From Balanoglossus misakiensis (Eukaryota; Animalia; Hemichordata), in contig CM082598.2 in NCBI GenBank assembly GCA_040954595.2, positions 3,293,154-3,357,153 on the forward strand: DNA of 64,000 nt, written 5' to 3'. Both the position numbers and the translations under genes were made by a program. The stretch's first letter is position 1. Every line of letters starts with the position of its first letter. The notes beneath the pieces are model-generated. The model made no database searches and was not told the origin of the DNA. It worked only from the letters and a program-made list of their open reading frames with translations. Positions 47,801 through 60,583 of this stretch are shown piece after piece.

Positions 47801-50800
47801 ACAAAATCAAGTTGAACTGGAACTTACTTGGGAATATTTAGGAAGAGTAAGCAATGTAACTTCAGATCTTTGACTTTCTGTGTCATATCAATACCATCAC
47901 ACTGCAAGAAATCACATAGATTATTATTGTTGTTATTGTTATTTATGATTTCTTCTTTCATCAATTATCTGATGGCCTGCTTTACATGTAAAATGTTGCA
48001 CCCCTATTGTCAAATTCTCTGAACAGCTCTGATACAGATAATTACAACTGGAGTATTTCAAAATCGATAGTGCGTTAGGGCATAGCAGATTATATCACCC
48101 ACCTCAACTGACAAATACTTGGTGAGGTCTTTGGAACTTCTTTTGAGGAAGTCTTTGCCACCAGCCCTGGCGTAAAACATGAGATTCCGGAATCTGCTGT
48201 CAAACTTTTCTGGATTGGCCTCTGCAAGTACAATGGAAATTAAAGTCTAGACTACAACTCATTTGTCAATAATAACAATGTTTTTTATACATATAAATGT
48301 TGTATTGACAAGCAAAACACTGGGCATTTTATCATGCTACGTTGACGTTGAATGAGACATTGTAGTTATATGTACATTAACAAAAAATACTGGAAAATAG
48401 ATAAATCATACAGCTAATGTGCTTAAACATAGAAAAAAATGTTTCCAATGGCACATCATATGGACACTGCAATGAATCATTTCTAATTGGGTGACTGTGG
48501 ATAAACTTGCAATGCCCTGGTAGTTTTATATTAGATTTTGCTTTTTATGGTCCAATCTCCAACCTTTGCACAAAATAATGCGGCAAGAATCTGGCTACAA
48601 GTGCGCCCTCTAAAATGAATGATTAGAATACTATCGTCTAAATACTATCTGCCAATTGGCGCGTGTGAACCTACCCCGAGATTCATGAAATTCTAACGCA
48701 ACATGTGCATCTGCTCCGAGGCTGAAGTAGTTGTTGATCACATCCAGTGGTGGCTTCTCCTTGCCAACATCGTCTGGATCATTTCCCACATCATTGTTCT
48801 TTTCCACCTGGAGATTCCACCTGCAATTTGACACGTTTAGCATTATTTCATGTCCACGAGGTACATTTTGTAAATCCCAAAAAGTCAAAGTATGCCAAAT
48901 TGTCCCCTTAGCTCCTTGCATCCTGAGCCCTGGCAACCAATGACATTCAGAGGTTTTCTTCAAGCCAGGCCCAAAGTGTTTAGAGTTCTCATTTCCCTTT
49001 TTATCAAATCTATATCACCATGGTGAACAACTCACTCCTTTCCACCCTTTGTTTGTGCCAGTGAACATGAAACTAGAGATGTCAGTGTATCTAAACATAT
49101 TGTATCAATCAATATTGTTTCTGACAATCTGACACTTCTCATATCAAGAAGATGGTAGTTTGGAGTAGACAGGTTACTCTATGATAATTTTACTTGCAGA
49201 CTATACAGGCAGATATTCTTTCACTGACACACTTCTGGCATGTATCAGAAACGATGATAACAAGGAAAAGTGTATTGACCGGGATTTCAAGAATTTACAT
49301 ATGTCCCAAAAGAAAAGGACAAAATAATTGGCTGCTGAAATCAGCAAAAGGGATTTATATAAACCACTGCTCCAGGTTAATGTCAAATCAATTGAGGCTT
49401 AATGCCAAAGCCTATTAACCCTCACCATTGCACCTATCTGCATTTGAACAAGCCCCTTCTCACCCCTATTAATGGTAGAAGCCTATTGTTTCTAACGACA
49501 TTGGTGAATCTATATTCAGAAAAAATGGGGTAAATACATGCAGATCCGATTAAAGCATTCAACTATCCGGTTGCCTAATGATCTGCATATACATAGGTGT
49601 CCTCACCTGTCCAGCTGTACCACAGGGCCTTCTTCAATACCACACAAGACTTTGGAGATTGGCTCATCTGTGTATCCCTAGAAAATAATGAGACATGAAT
49701 TACTGCCAACGAAAATCTTTACCAGGAAAAGATAATAATCATGGGATTATCTCACACTGACCCATTGCATTAATATGAAAGCAGGCAACTCATCAGAAAA
49801 CGATTAAACCTTAAGTTGAACCTCAGGTGACCCATGACACAATGAAGGGGTTTACCCCTGATCTGGGTGTTTGAGGTGAAACACCTTTGCTCATAGTCAA
49901 CTAAGGTACAATATTCTAAATCAATAACTATATTGAATTTCATGATTATATGTTTATCTCATATGCCCCTCTGTATAGACTGTATCTTTCACAACACAGT
50001 GACAATATCGACGTGCCATTGGAAATATTTCAGGAAATCAAAATGTAGTTATGAAACTTCACTGAACTGTCTCAATTATCTACTGAAAAACCAGGTTTGA
50101 AAATAGTTTTGCATAAAAAAAACAATCACCAAAACATACTGACATTTTCCGTTTTTAAGTGTTACAAGCACCAGTTAGAGTTGATCAGTATAGACAGGTT
50201 TCTGGTTAAGACATGGTTAAATCGGTTTACACACTTAAGCTGCATTCCTCATATATGAGGTCATGCTTTTTTCATGCATGAAGCAAATATAGTGTGCAAA
50301 GATGCTACCTTTGTCCTTATAAAATCTGCATTATGCATGGAAGCCTTGTGGTATTGCAATAAATCACTGTACTAGTATAACACCCCCATAAGAGCTTTTC
50401 ACTCAAACCCTGTGGTGTAGCATACTAACAGGTCAGGGGGTACAATGCATTAATTTACAAAATGTATCCTTCATTTCATCATCCTTTTGAACACCAAGCA
50501 TTGAATTTCCCGTGATGAATATAGCCGGGGCTTATATCGCAGATGTAGTCTTTGTTCAGCGACAGTACATTCTATGCTTTCTTTCTGATTAAAATGAGAC
50601 CTAGTGCCCCCCAAACAGACTCCCATCTGCAGCAAGGTCTGGTATTTTGCGATTTATTACCCTAGCCGGATTCTTTTATGCAATCCTGCAGATGTGTTAT
50701 TACATTTAACGAAACACGGAAAGCCAGTTAGACTTTCACATAAGGTGCACCTTTCAATGACTGTGCGGCCATTAATTCCCTTTCATGGATGATTAATTTC

Positions 50801-53800
50801 TTTCTAAATGTACCAGTATGGCCATAAAAGCATCACGGGGTAGATGTACTTATTCACATACAAAAACAACACTGTGACATTTTAATGTGCTTTTCATATA
50901 ATATCAATTTTGCAACAGTCGCAAGTTCCATATGTATACCATCTAGCCTCCACAACCTAACTTCTATGTGTACCCTGTTATCATCATCACCCATTTTTAG
51001 TATTTTATACTTACACCATTATGATTCAAACAACTAGTTCTGTCTCTTTAACCTACCAAAATCCCATTTAAATAACCCTGCAGGTATACCCACATCATTT
51101 CAACCCACAAACATTTACCAAACCCAATCACTTACCATTCAAATCACTATTCAAAATCCCATACCCCTATTGAGTACCCCGTGAAAAACAAAATATACCC
51201 ACTTTAATCCCAATAAACCCATCATTTCTATAAAGCCAGCCCACTTACCCCACCCCATCCCAATGTCCTTGCAAGGTCATTGCCGGTTCCCAACGGCAAC
51301 ACTCCAACCGGTGGAGGGGGTTTTATTTTCAAGTTGTCCAACTCGGACAATATCCAACCCACTGTACCATCTCCGCCGCAGGCTAAAATCCGTAAGTTTG
51401 GTGTCTTCCGGAAGAGTTCCAACCTGATAAACAATTTGTATAAAGGTACTTTTAAAAAGTTGTGAAAAACCATTAGGCCAAGCAAAGATAAACGTCGAGT
51501 GGTTCCAACATGCTTCCAGAACAAGAGTTAGTAGGTTGGAAACTATTTGATTTCCTTCAATGAATCCCTAGAGAGAATCAAACATTAATACAGATGTGAT
51601 ATGTTCTATAGTGCAGGGTACAGAGACTAAAGATTGCATAGAAATCCAGGACTTTTCCACGAACATTAAAGATTAAATTATTTTTCAGGAGAGATTGTAA
51701 AGTATTTTATTGAAACTTTTGGTGGCCATTGAAATGTTATTATCACATATTATAAATATATTAACCAGTACTATCAAGAAAGTGCAATGTTAATTATTCT
51801 ATATGATTCTTACCCTTCCTTGGGGCCTCCTTGTGCAAGATCAAATACCTGTCGTGGATTCAACAACCACTCAAATTTGGACATAAGCCTAGCACCCTGC
51901 AAATACAATCAAGACAAATTTCATTTCGATTTTCATGATATGATATACACCTGGCGAAAACAAGCCAGACTAGTTTGATTTCTATCTGAACAATATCACA
52001 ACAACCACCATTTGGCATGTACTTTATATTAATGGTATGTTAATATCAAAGAAAATGAATTATTTGTGAAAAAGTATATTTGTAGTCTGAGATCAATAAA
52101 CTGTTTCAAAATTCATACAGTAAAACATTCAAAATTAAAGGGCTTTTCTGATGGATAATGTGCCACATTGAATTAAATTGCCATTTATAATTCAAGTACT
52201 GGAAATACTGCAATCTAACAGAATAGCATTATCAGGTATTTGATACATCTCAGTAAGGTTCTTGTAATGTTAAAACTATGGCAAATTCATAACAATTATA
52301 TACATGGTTAGCCATGGATGAGGGGTATGGGTCAAAGTGGATTGAGGTCAAATGTCAAGGGCATCATACTCACTTGGTTGCCACCACTTTTGGGGTTAAT
52401 GAATACTAGAATTGGTTTCATTTGTCCTGATGGTATTGGTTTGATTATGAAAGGTTTCTGTTTGCTTTCCTTGATGGACCGGCGTTTGAAGGACGGCCTC
52501 TTCTTTTTCCTCTGCGAGCCAGCTTTGAAAGAGCCCTGGAAATTAAAAGACAATCATCAATCAATGAATCCTGTCACCCCTACAGCCCTTTATGGAGGTT
52601 CATGTTTACTACAGAAATCAATGGGTTTTTGGACCAAACCATGGTGGTGAAAGGGCAAACAAAACAAGTTCACACAATGGAAGTCACTCAAAACTCCAGG
52701 ACATTCATGGAGAATTAATTTCCAATTTTCAAGGAAATTTTTGGGGGTGAAAAACGTCATTTTCAACGTCAACGTAACAATCTCGACACACCAATCAATT
52801 AATCAATAGCCTTTCTCAGATAATCAGAAAGTCAATTTTTTCCCGCAAAATCAAAGTTCTGCCAATAACGCCCAAGAAAATCAATCACACACAATGAAAC
52901 AACTGACCCAGATTCACTACACTCCAGTGACATTAAGAAACACACACATTAACTCTTTTCAGAAATATCAGTACCTACAAGGACATCGTGGCAAAGCAAT
53001 CTGCTTTCAAGGCATTTTGACTAAGAAATTACAAAAAGAAATCTTTAAAAATATGTAATAGCAAATTTCATCACAATTTCCTCGAATCTGAATTGTGATC
53101 TGTGGGCATGATGACTATTATAAACTCAAAATGTACAAGTACAAGGAGAGATGAATGACTCACTATTATTATCATTATTATTGTTACTGCTGTTTTATTT
53201 TTATATTATTATTATAAATGGAAATTTGACTCTCTTATCAGGCTCTGAATGTATACCAGTGAATAGTCATATATTGTTGAAGTACTTCAAGTATATTCAT
53301 CTAAACTGTAAAAATCGCTGTACAACAGAATAAAATAAGCACAGGAATGAAACAGGTGTAAGATGGGGCACCAGACAATCTGAGTCTCACATTTCCAGAC
53401 AGTAAAGCAAGCAATTACTGCCTTGCGACTTCATTCTGTGCAAAAAGCCGGACGAACACAGGTATAGGTACAGTGAGTCCTTCACCTCCATTTCCAATAG
53501 GTCATGTGGTACTACTGGGTATACAGCTGTTGCAGAAATTCCATGCATTCCCAGACTATTATCACTGCACTTTAGTATCCTGAGATCTCGAGCACAGCAG
53601 GCTTTTTAAATCATCATTCATAGGTATCATTTAGGGATCAGATGTACATGATTAAAAATATACTGCTGTGGCATTTACGCAACACAACGCTAGCTTACAG
53701 AATTTATCATTGTATCTGTCTGCTTCATAATAAATATACCTGTATAGTAAAAGCTGTCAGCTTTACTTTCTGATAAATAATTTTAGCAAACTAGCAAATT

Positions 53801-54121
53801 ATTTTACAGTTGGTATACATGTTCCAGGGCTCTTACCTGTAGTTTCTGTTTGGGTAACCTAATAATCCAAGATGGAGGAACTATAACACCTGCATGAATA
53901 CCCATGGTACAGGGCTCTTCAATTTGTTGCATCATAAAACATGAAACCTTATTGTGATACTGTAAAACAAAGCAGAAGAAGACAAGCATTTTGAAGTACA
54001 TCCTTAAAGAACCATTTGACGAGGATTGGCTTTGAAGCTTAAACGCCTGGTGGCCATATTGGATTGTATTGCAAAACAAAATATTGAACAATTTTGATGA
54101 AAGCATGTCTGAGTATTCTCC

Positions 54122-54170
<49 letters not shown>

Positions 54171-57100
54171 TATCCATTACTAGAGCCCAATCTTATATGC
54201 CCCAGGACAACATCTGCAAAGACTAAAAAACTAATGACAATATTCTACTGTCCATATTCACTTACAGCAACTTTGCACCAGGAACAGCTGATTGCTATAA
54301 TTTCTTTTGTATTAAAAAGTTTCTGTGGGAAAGACTTGCCGCACTGTTTGCATTTCCCTTCTTGCCGTCGTCTGTGAACCCAGTGATGTCGGACAATAGT
54401 TTGTTGCTGTGGAAACGAACAGAAAGAAAACAGGTCAGGCCGCCATTTTGTTTTTCCATCTGTTTGAGCCTTTTAGTGTATAAACATAAAAAGTAAGGTG
54501 GAAAATAGAGGATTATACTAAACAAATAACAGCTTAGACTGTTTGTAACCCTTTTTCTATTAAAGTCTACCTTCTACCCCTTTAATATATGATTTGCAAA
54601 AAACCTGAACTCTATTAGGTCACGCTCAATAACATATCAGTCAATATACGAAAGAAATTTATGGTGTAAATAACCTACCTCCCTGTAATTGCGAATTCCA
54701 GCTTCGCGGAATGTAGGTTTGCACTTAAAATTAATCTAGAACAGCAAACAACACACATATCAGTAACTTAGTTTGTTCAGAGTAATTGACTGAGTGTGCA
54801 TGAACATCTTTGAAAATTGAACAAGTGCTTCAGTCTCTTGTGTCCGGTTTAGAAGGTTTTGCTGTATATTTCTTAAACAAGTGTAAGTAACAAGCAGACA
54901 TACACATTAAGTGAGTACAAAGATAAATCAAGGGGAAAAATCAGAAGAGATACCAATACTGAGATTTTATAATGATGATAAGGTAATCGTCAAAGGTTGC
55001 ATGTTGGAGGACCATGTACAATTGTACTTACTCGTTCAAGTTGACCCATGCATGCTGTATGTACAATAATTCTACAAGCGACACACTTTTTCCTGGGACC
55101 ATTTTTCTGTTGTCGAAGAGAAACATGATCAGGACGATAAGAAAATATCATTTGGATCAAACATCTGTGATAAACTCAAGTATAATCTAGAGGTGGCGTA
55201 CAGCAGCCATATTGGATCATTCATGAACAAACTGCCGTCACGTACTTGTGTTATATGGGTACACGTGGCGTATGTGTGTTCCTTGACAAGTTTGACGGCA
55301 ATGAACTCAGACATATCTTTGAATTGACGTGAAATGAACAAAATGGCCACCTTGTCTGATGCATCATGATGCAAACTGACAAATACATTATCCTTTTGCA
55401 AAAATTGAACAAACTCAGTTCATGCATATCAGATTTATGATTGCACATGCATGAATAGACACAAGGACGGATGTACCGATGGCTTGAGCCTCTGTAAGCC
55501 ACCTGTACCAGTACAATGTCTGCTGAGATATATATCATTAATTCATAATTATGAGCATCATGCTCTATCTGAAATAGCAACCTTCCATTAGAGACTTATT
55601 ACATCCTACATCATCCAGAGTGAAAATATTCAAATTAAAACCTTAATTTTGTCTCTTCAAGATTATTCCATAAATTTACACAGAAAGCCTCAATCAATAT
55701 GGGAACTGAGTTTCAATCTATGCAATATTTTCCTCTGGTACAGGCGAACATGAAAGGGGCCCTAGTGGTCACAGGAAAAACTTTTACTGTTACTTTGGGG
55801 CACAGACATGTCAACTTGTTATCAGAAATTGCACCAGCCCATACGATTTCAAATGTACATTGTATAATTTAAGAGTAAAAGCCATGAACAAATCTTATCC
55901 CAAAACAGGATTTTTCTAGCCAAGGCCAGGATCTTGACAAATTGTAGGTGTGTGAACAACATAATTGTGAGTGCAACAGTTATGGCAGGCTTACAGTACA
56001 GTACATCAATGCTGGTACCATAACCAGTGCAAGCCATGCGTGTCATGCCAAACACAGATGACACCATCTAATTAACCCTTTGAACACCGCAAATTTTCTT
56101 GCCAAAATGTTGGTGCAAAATTGTCTCTTTTTTATGCATTTTTTCCTCTTTTTTTACACTTAATTTTAGACCAAATGGACATAAGTTTCCATTGCCTACA
56201 GGTCTCTATCAAAATTGTGGAAAAAGTTTTTTTTGTAAAAGACGACAATTTGAAGTGGGCATTAAAAGGGTTATTAAAACTAACACCTTTTTTGCAAAAA
56301 CAGATCACATTTGCTCAGTAATCAGGCAGCCTTGTATACTTGTATGTTGTTTGGCCAGCTATCACAGATCCAGACAGACCTGTTTTTCAAACATGAATCT
56401 GAAGAATTTACATTTTTTTCAAATTTTCTTAGTCAACAGCTGGCCAAACAAATGATTTTGAAAAAAATAGCATGACAGTGAGACATACAACGTCACTGTG
56501 CGATGCACAACTTTGCCAAAGAGCTGACAAACATTGACAAACAACTAATAATTTGAAGAAAACTTACTTGGCCGTGTATTACCTTGAGTTCACTTACCAA
56601 ACAATCTTGCTCTCCAACATAACAAAAATCACCAGAAGCATTTGTATCTGACCATATATGGTCACCTGGAAGAGCATTCTCCTATTGGGTGGAAGGTATA
56701 GTGTCATATTAGTCATGTGAATAAATGGCTGGTCCTCATTGGCTAGACATACACATTAATTAGATGAGTTCTGCCCATACAAAGTCAGCAGAAATATGGG
56801 TGTTTGACCATATGTGAGAGTTACGATAATGAGTTATGAATTTGTATCAAGATGCTAACTTGGAGTTCATATACTGTTGTTACTGTGTGTCGATACTTAT
56901 TCAAAGTGATGTCATAACATGTGTCCATATACCAGGAATTTCTTGTACAAGTACATTAATAATTATTCATGGAGATGATAATTTTTCTCAGACAATACTT
57001 TAAATACTCACACTCCAGTCCACTGTTCCCTTGATTTCTCTGTCGCTGTCTAACAACTCACATGCTGCTAAATGGTGGGTAGGAAACCCATGAAGATTAG

Positions 57101-60100
57101 CTGCATACGCACTGGACTTGGATATTGCTTTTCTGTGAACAGAAAAAAGTGTTGCAATTGATGATTAGATGTTTGTTTGTTTAATTGATTCTTTTGATTA
57201 TAAACATTGCAGCGGGGTATTTCACCCTTACCATATTGAAACTGTTATATTTTGAGCATGGTAGAAAACTAAGGCAGTTTTCACCAGAACTCTAGCTCTG
57301 GTTTGACGGATGAAACTGGAATTTGACAGTCTGTGGTTGTTACTTTGTATAAGTACACTGTACTGGTAGTGTAACTGCTACAATGTACATCATTGCAAAC
57401 AATGTGGTTGTTACTTTGTATTACACTGTAGTGTAACTGCTACAATGTACATCATTGCAAACAATGTGGTTGTTACTTTGTATTACACTGTAGTGTAACT
57501 GCTACAATGTACATCATTGCAAACAATAGGGTTGTTACTTTGTATTACACTGTAGTGTAACTGCTACAATGTACATCATTGCAAACAATAGGGTTGTTAC
57601 TTTGTATTACACTGTAGTGTAACTGCTACAATGTACATCATTGCAAACAATAGGGTTGTTACTTTGTATTACACTGTAGTGTAACTGCTACAATGTACAT
57701 CATTGCAAACAATGTGGTTGTGAATTAGCATCTTGGCAAACAACGCATCATTTCTAAGTTGCTTCGATATTACATGTTTTTGTTGCCAGATGCCAAGTTC
57801 ATTAGTCAAGTCAAGTTCATTAATCACCCCCAGTTTTATGTACATAAACGTAAATGTTATATGTGCGTACATGAGATAAAGACTCTGCTGTAAGTACCTG
57901 GCATGGACACAGATGTTGTTTGCGCATTTCTTTATTTTTAGCTCACAACTGTTTTTATCCTACGGCAAGATAGATGTGTATAATTAGATCCATCACCTTT
58001 CTGGAAATGGATATTTCACATACCAATAATAATTTTGTATGATGTTTATATTTTTTGAATATAGTCACCGCTCATTTGCATATATTAACATTTTCAAATG
58101 AGGTAACATTTGTACTGGTAGTATGATTATGGTAAACATGTTCGCAAATATACAGTTTAAAATATCAGTACTATAAATATAGCTTATAATTGCTCAATGA
58201 CGTAGGATGTAATACTGAAATAAGTATAACTAGACAATACTTTTCTGACGAAATAATTCAAAATGTTGTTACAGTGTTAATTAAAGGATCACTATCTATA
58301 ATTTCTGGCTGTATATTTTTACAAATATTTTTGTTTTGTACATGTGTCTCAACTACATTTTCTTGTTCTCCTCTATCATACTATCACAAAACACGCCCAC
58401 TTTTCGTCTTCAACAAGCCATTTGTATGTGTACCGATCACTGTTATTGTTAACAAACGCATTCAAGTCCGGACTTGAATACAATTTTTCAACAATAACAA
58501 TGTCGGAGTAGCACAAATGGGGTATTTTGAGAAGATTAAAACTAAAAATTTAATCCTGCCTCACAGAGCTGAACAAGAAAGCTTGGTTGATTCACAGAGT
58601 AGAAATACTGGGAAAAATCGCCAACAGTTACAAATAGTGGACAATAAAGGTCAAAGTCATGTATTTTTAATCAGCACTGCGAGTAACGTTTGGAAATGCA
58701 CATGATGTGTATGTATATGAAGGCTTCAATTCCCACCTAATAATTTATGAACGGCTAAACACTGATCATTAGGCTTAAATTACTCCAGACTAAATGTCTT
58801 TTCCCTAGAAAAAAGGTCATTTCATGATTTTAAGAGTTATTTTGTACTTTCTGGGGTCACTGGCTGTGTACCGTACACCCACTCAGATGACATACATGGT
58901 CATACTAGTGTAATTACAGTCAAACCTGTGCTAATGGCCATCTCTATATAGAGGAGTGTGGCCACACCGTACAAGAGCCTGTGTAAAATTAGCAACCTGT
59001 CCATTAAGGCCACCTGTCTATATAAAGGCCAGTTAAGGACAGTACTTTGACTGGCCACTATAGACAGGTTTGACCATATAGTTTCCTGAGGATTGTGAAT
59101 ATTCATATCACGAGCTTCCTGTTATGTTTCAACTGACAGATGGATGGACAGAAAATAAAATGATACAAACACAGCTAGGGTTCATACACTTATAATCCAG
59201 AAATTTTCATGATTTTGTCCCCCAGGTCTTTTTAGGTTCACAAAGATTGTTTTCCTGCAGAGAGTTATTGTAAAGAAGCCAAATTTTCCAGTATTATCCA
59301 GGAATAATAATTTCTCCGGGTCTTTTCTCATTTTTCCAGCGAATGCATGAACCCTGAACTGAAAAACATACATCACACACGTATACACAAACACATTAAT
59401 ACTGAATACAGCATGAAATGTGTTTGGCAAAAATTATTAACAAAAGCTAATATTTACTCTCTGCAGAGTGTAAATTGCGCTATTATTGGCATTGATGGAT
59501 GTCATTGTACTCATTAATAAGTTTGCCTACATCGATACAGGGGATGGTTGTCGTGTTGGAAAATTTGATACACTGCGAAGACCTGAGAGATATTATTTGA
59601 GCGTTACAGGTGCATGATTGAAAATCTACAGTACTAACACACTGGTAGCTGTATGATAATTGAAACAGAGAATTTAGACATTCAAAATAACGTGTCAAGT
59701 CCCTTTTTAGTAATCACACAGGCAGAGGAATATGTGACCAGAACAGAAGCAGGTTTCCACAGACAACAGACAATAATTTGAAGTGGAGCAACATGTGTAC
59801 AGAATGTTCTGTGATAAGGAACGGACAGAGAACATGATGATATAGTCGCATATCAATCAGTCTTTAGCACCATTTAAGAGCCCGATAGTCATGAATTTCA
59901 CACATTATGTATGAAAATACATCAATATAGACATGACAAAAGGCAAGGACATTATTACAGAGTCATTTCAATAGTATCAGGTCAACCTTGTAGGGAACTG
60001 TTTTCAAATTAACCCATCAATTTTTTTCCCTCTATGGACAAAGAACAGCAGCATAATTTAAGATGAATTCATCGCATACTGGCTGGTACCAAAGGCAACC

Positions 60101-60583
60101 ATTATATAATTTATATATGCACTCATTGCAATTGTGTATTACCATGAATGCATAAATTGCATAGGGTTTTCTATTTAAAAAACATCTTTTTCATATTCAT
60201 TTTTTCTATGTACCTGTTGTGTTATGATTCAGAAAGGAAGATTCATTTTTTTGATATACATGTATGATAACGCAATTGGTAACACGCTGCCTGTTACTCA
60301 CTTAAAGCTCTCTGGCATCCGTTGAATGTTATAGTTCTCCGTCGTGATCGGATCAGCCTCGGTGTCGCTGTCCGCCCCGCGATCTAAGCTGGCCTGCTCG
60401 ATTCCTGAGCAGCCACTGGCCCCGACATCCAGCGAATGAGACCTGGGCTTCATCTTCCTCATGTAGTAACGGCTTCGCGGCATTTTTTTTTTTCCGGTCG
60501 CGGTTTCGCTTGTATTCAGGTGATCAGAGATTGAGTCGAGTGTCCGACACTGCACATGCAAAGACTTGACTTCAGCTGGCAAT
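41843..60583 (-). CDS. DGKZ: Type IV diacylglycerol kinase (zeta/iota, rdgA-like), >20 exons; true 5' end uncertain and possibly outside the window
   Basis: KAISKS...TVDWS|[24 protein letters not shown] (C1a); [18 protein letters not shown] (C1b); MARCKS-like [12 protein letters not shown]; [10 protein letters not shown]; CGGDGTVGW; [11 protein letters not shown]; NNYFSLG; MQVDGEP; ankyrin repeats; C-terminal PDZ ligand EDQETAV* (stop at 41843). Most 5' exon seen is 60583-60302 (in-frame ATG at 60483), phase-compatible with 57132-57012. Probably co-orthologous to DGKZ and DGKI. Confidence 0.95.
52568..52660. mobile_element. Degenerate copy of the ~93-bp MITE in a DGK intron
   Basis: CCTGTCACCCCT ... 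TTGGACCAAACCATGGTGGTGAAAGGG. Confidence 0.6.
54121..54170. repeat. (CAGA)n microsatellite
   Basis: About 11 GACA units. Confidence 0.95.
57332..57721. repeat. 62-bp minisatellite, about 6 copies, in a DGK intron
   Basis: Unit T(G/A)(T/G)GGTTGTTACTTTGTATTACACTGTAGTGTAACTGCTACAATGTACATCATTGCAAACAA at 57403, 57465, 57527, 57589 and 57651, plus a variant first copy and a partial last copy; no spacers. Confidence 0.97.
58917..59076. mobile_element. ~160-bp Tc1/mariner-pogo-like MITE
   Basis: TA-CAGTCAAACCTGT ... ACAGGTTTGACCA-TA. Related right ends at ~27790-27848 (GACAGGTTCGACTGTA) and ~10590-10610. Confidence 0.65.

Noticed and set aside
57332-57721. CRISPR-like array
   Set aside because: Contiguous identical units with no spacers, inside a eukaryotic intron.
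59182-59430. ORF with a possible acceptor inside a DGK intron
   Set aside because: No similarity to DGK and no convincing donor.
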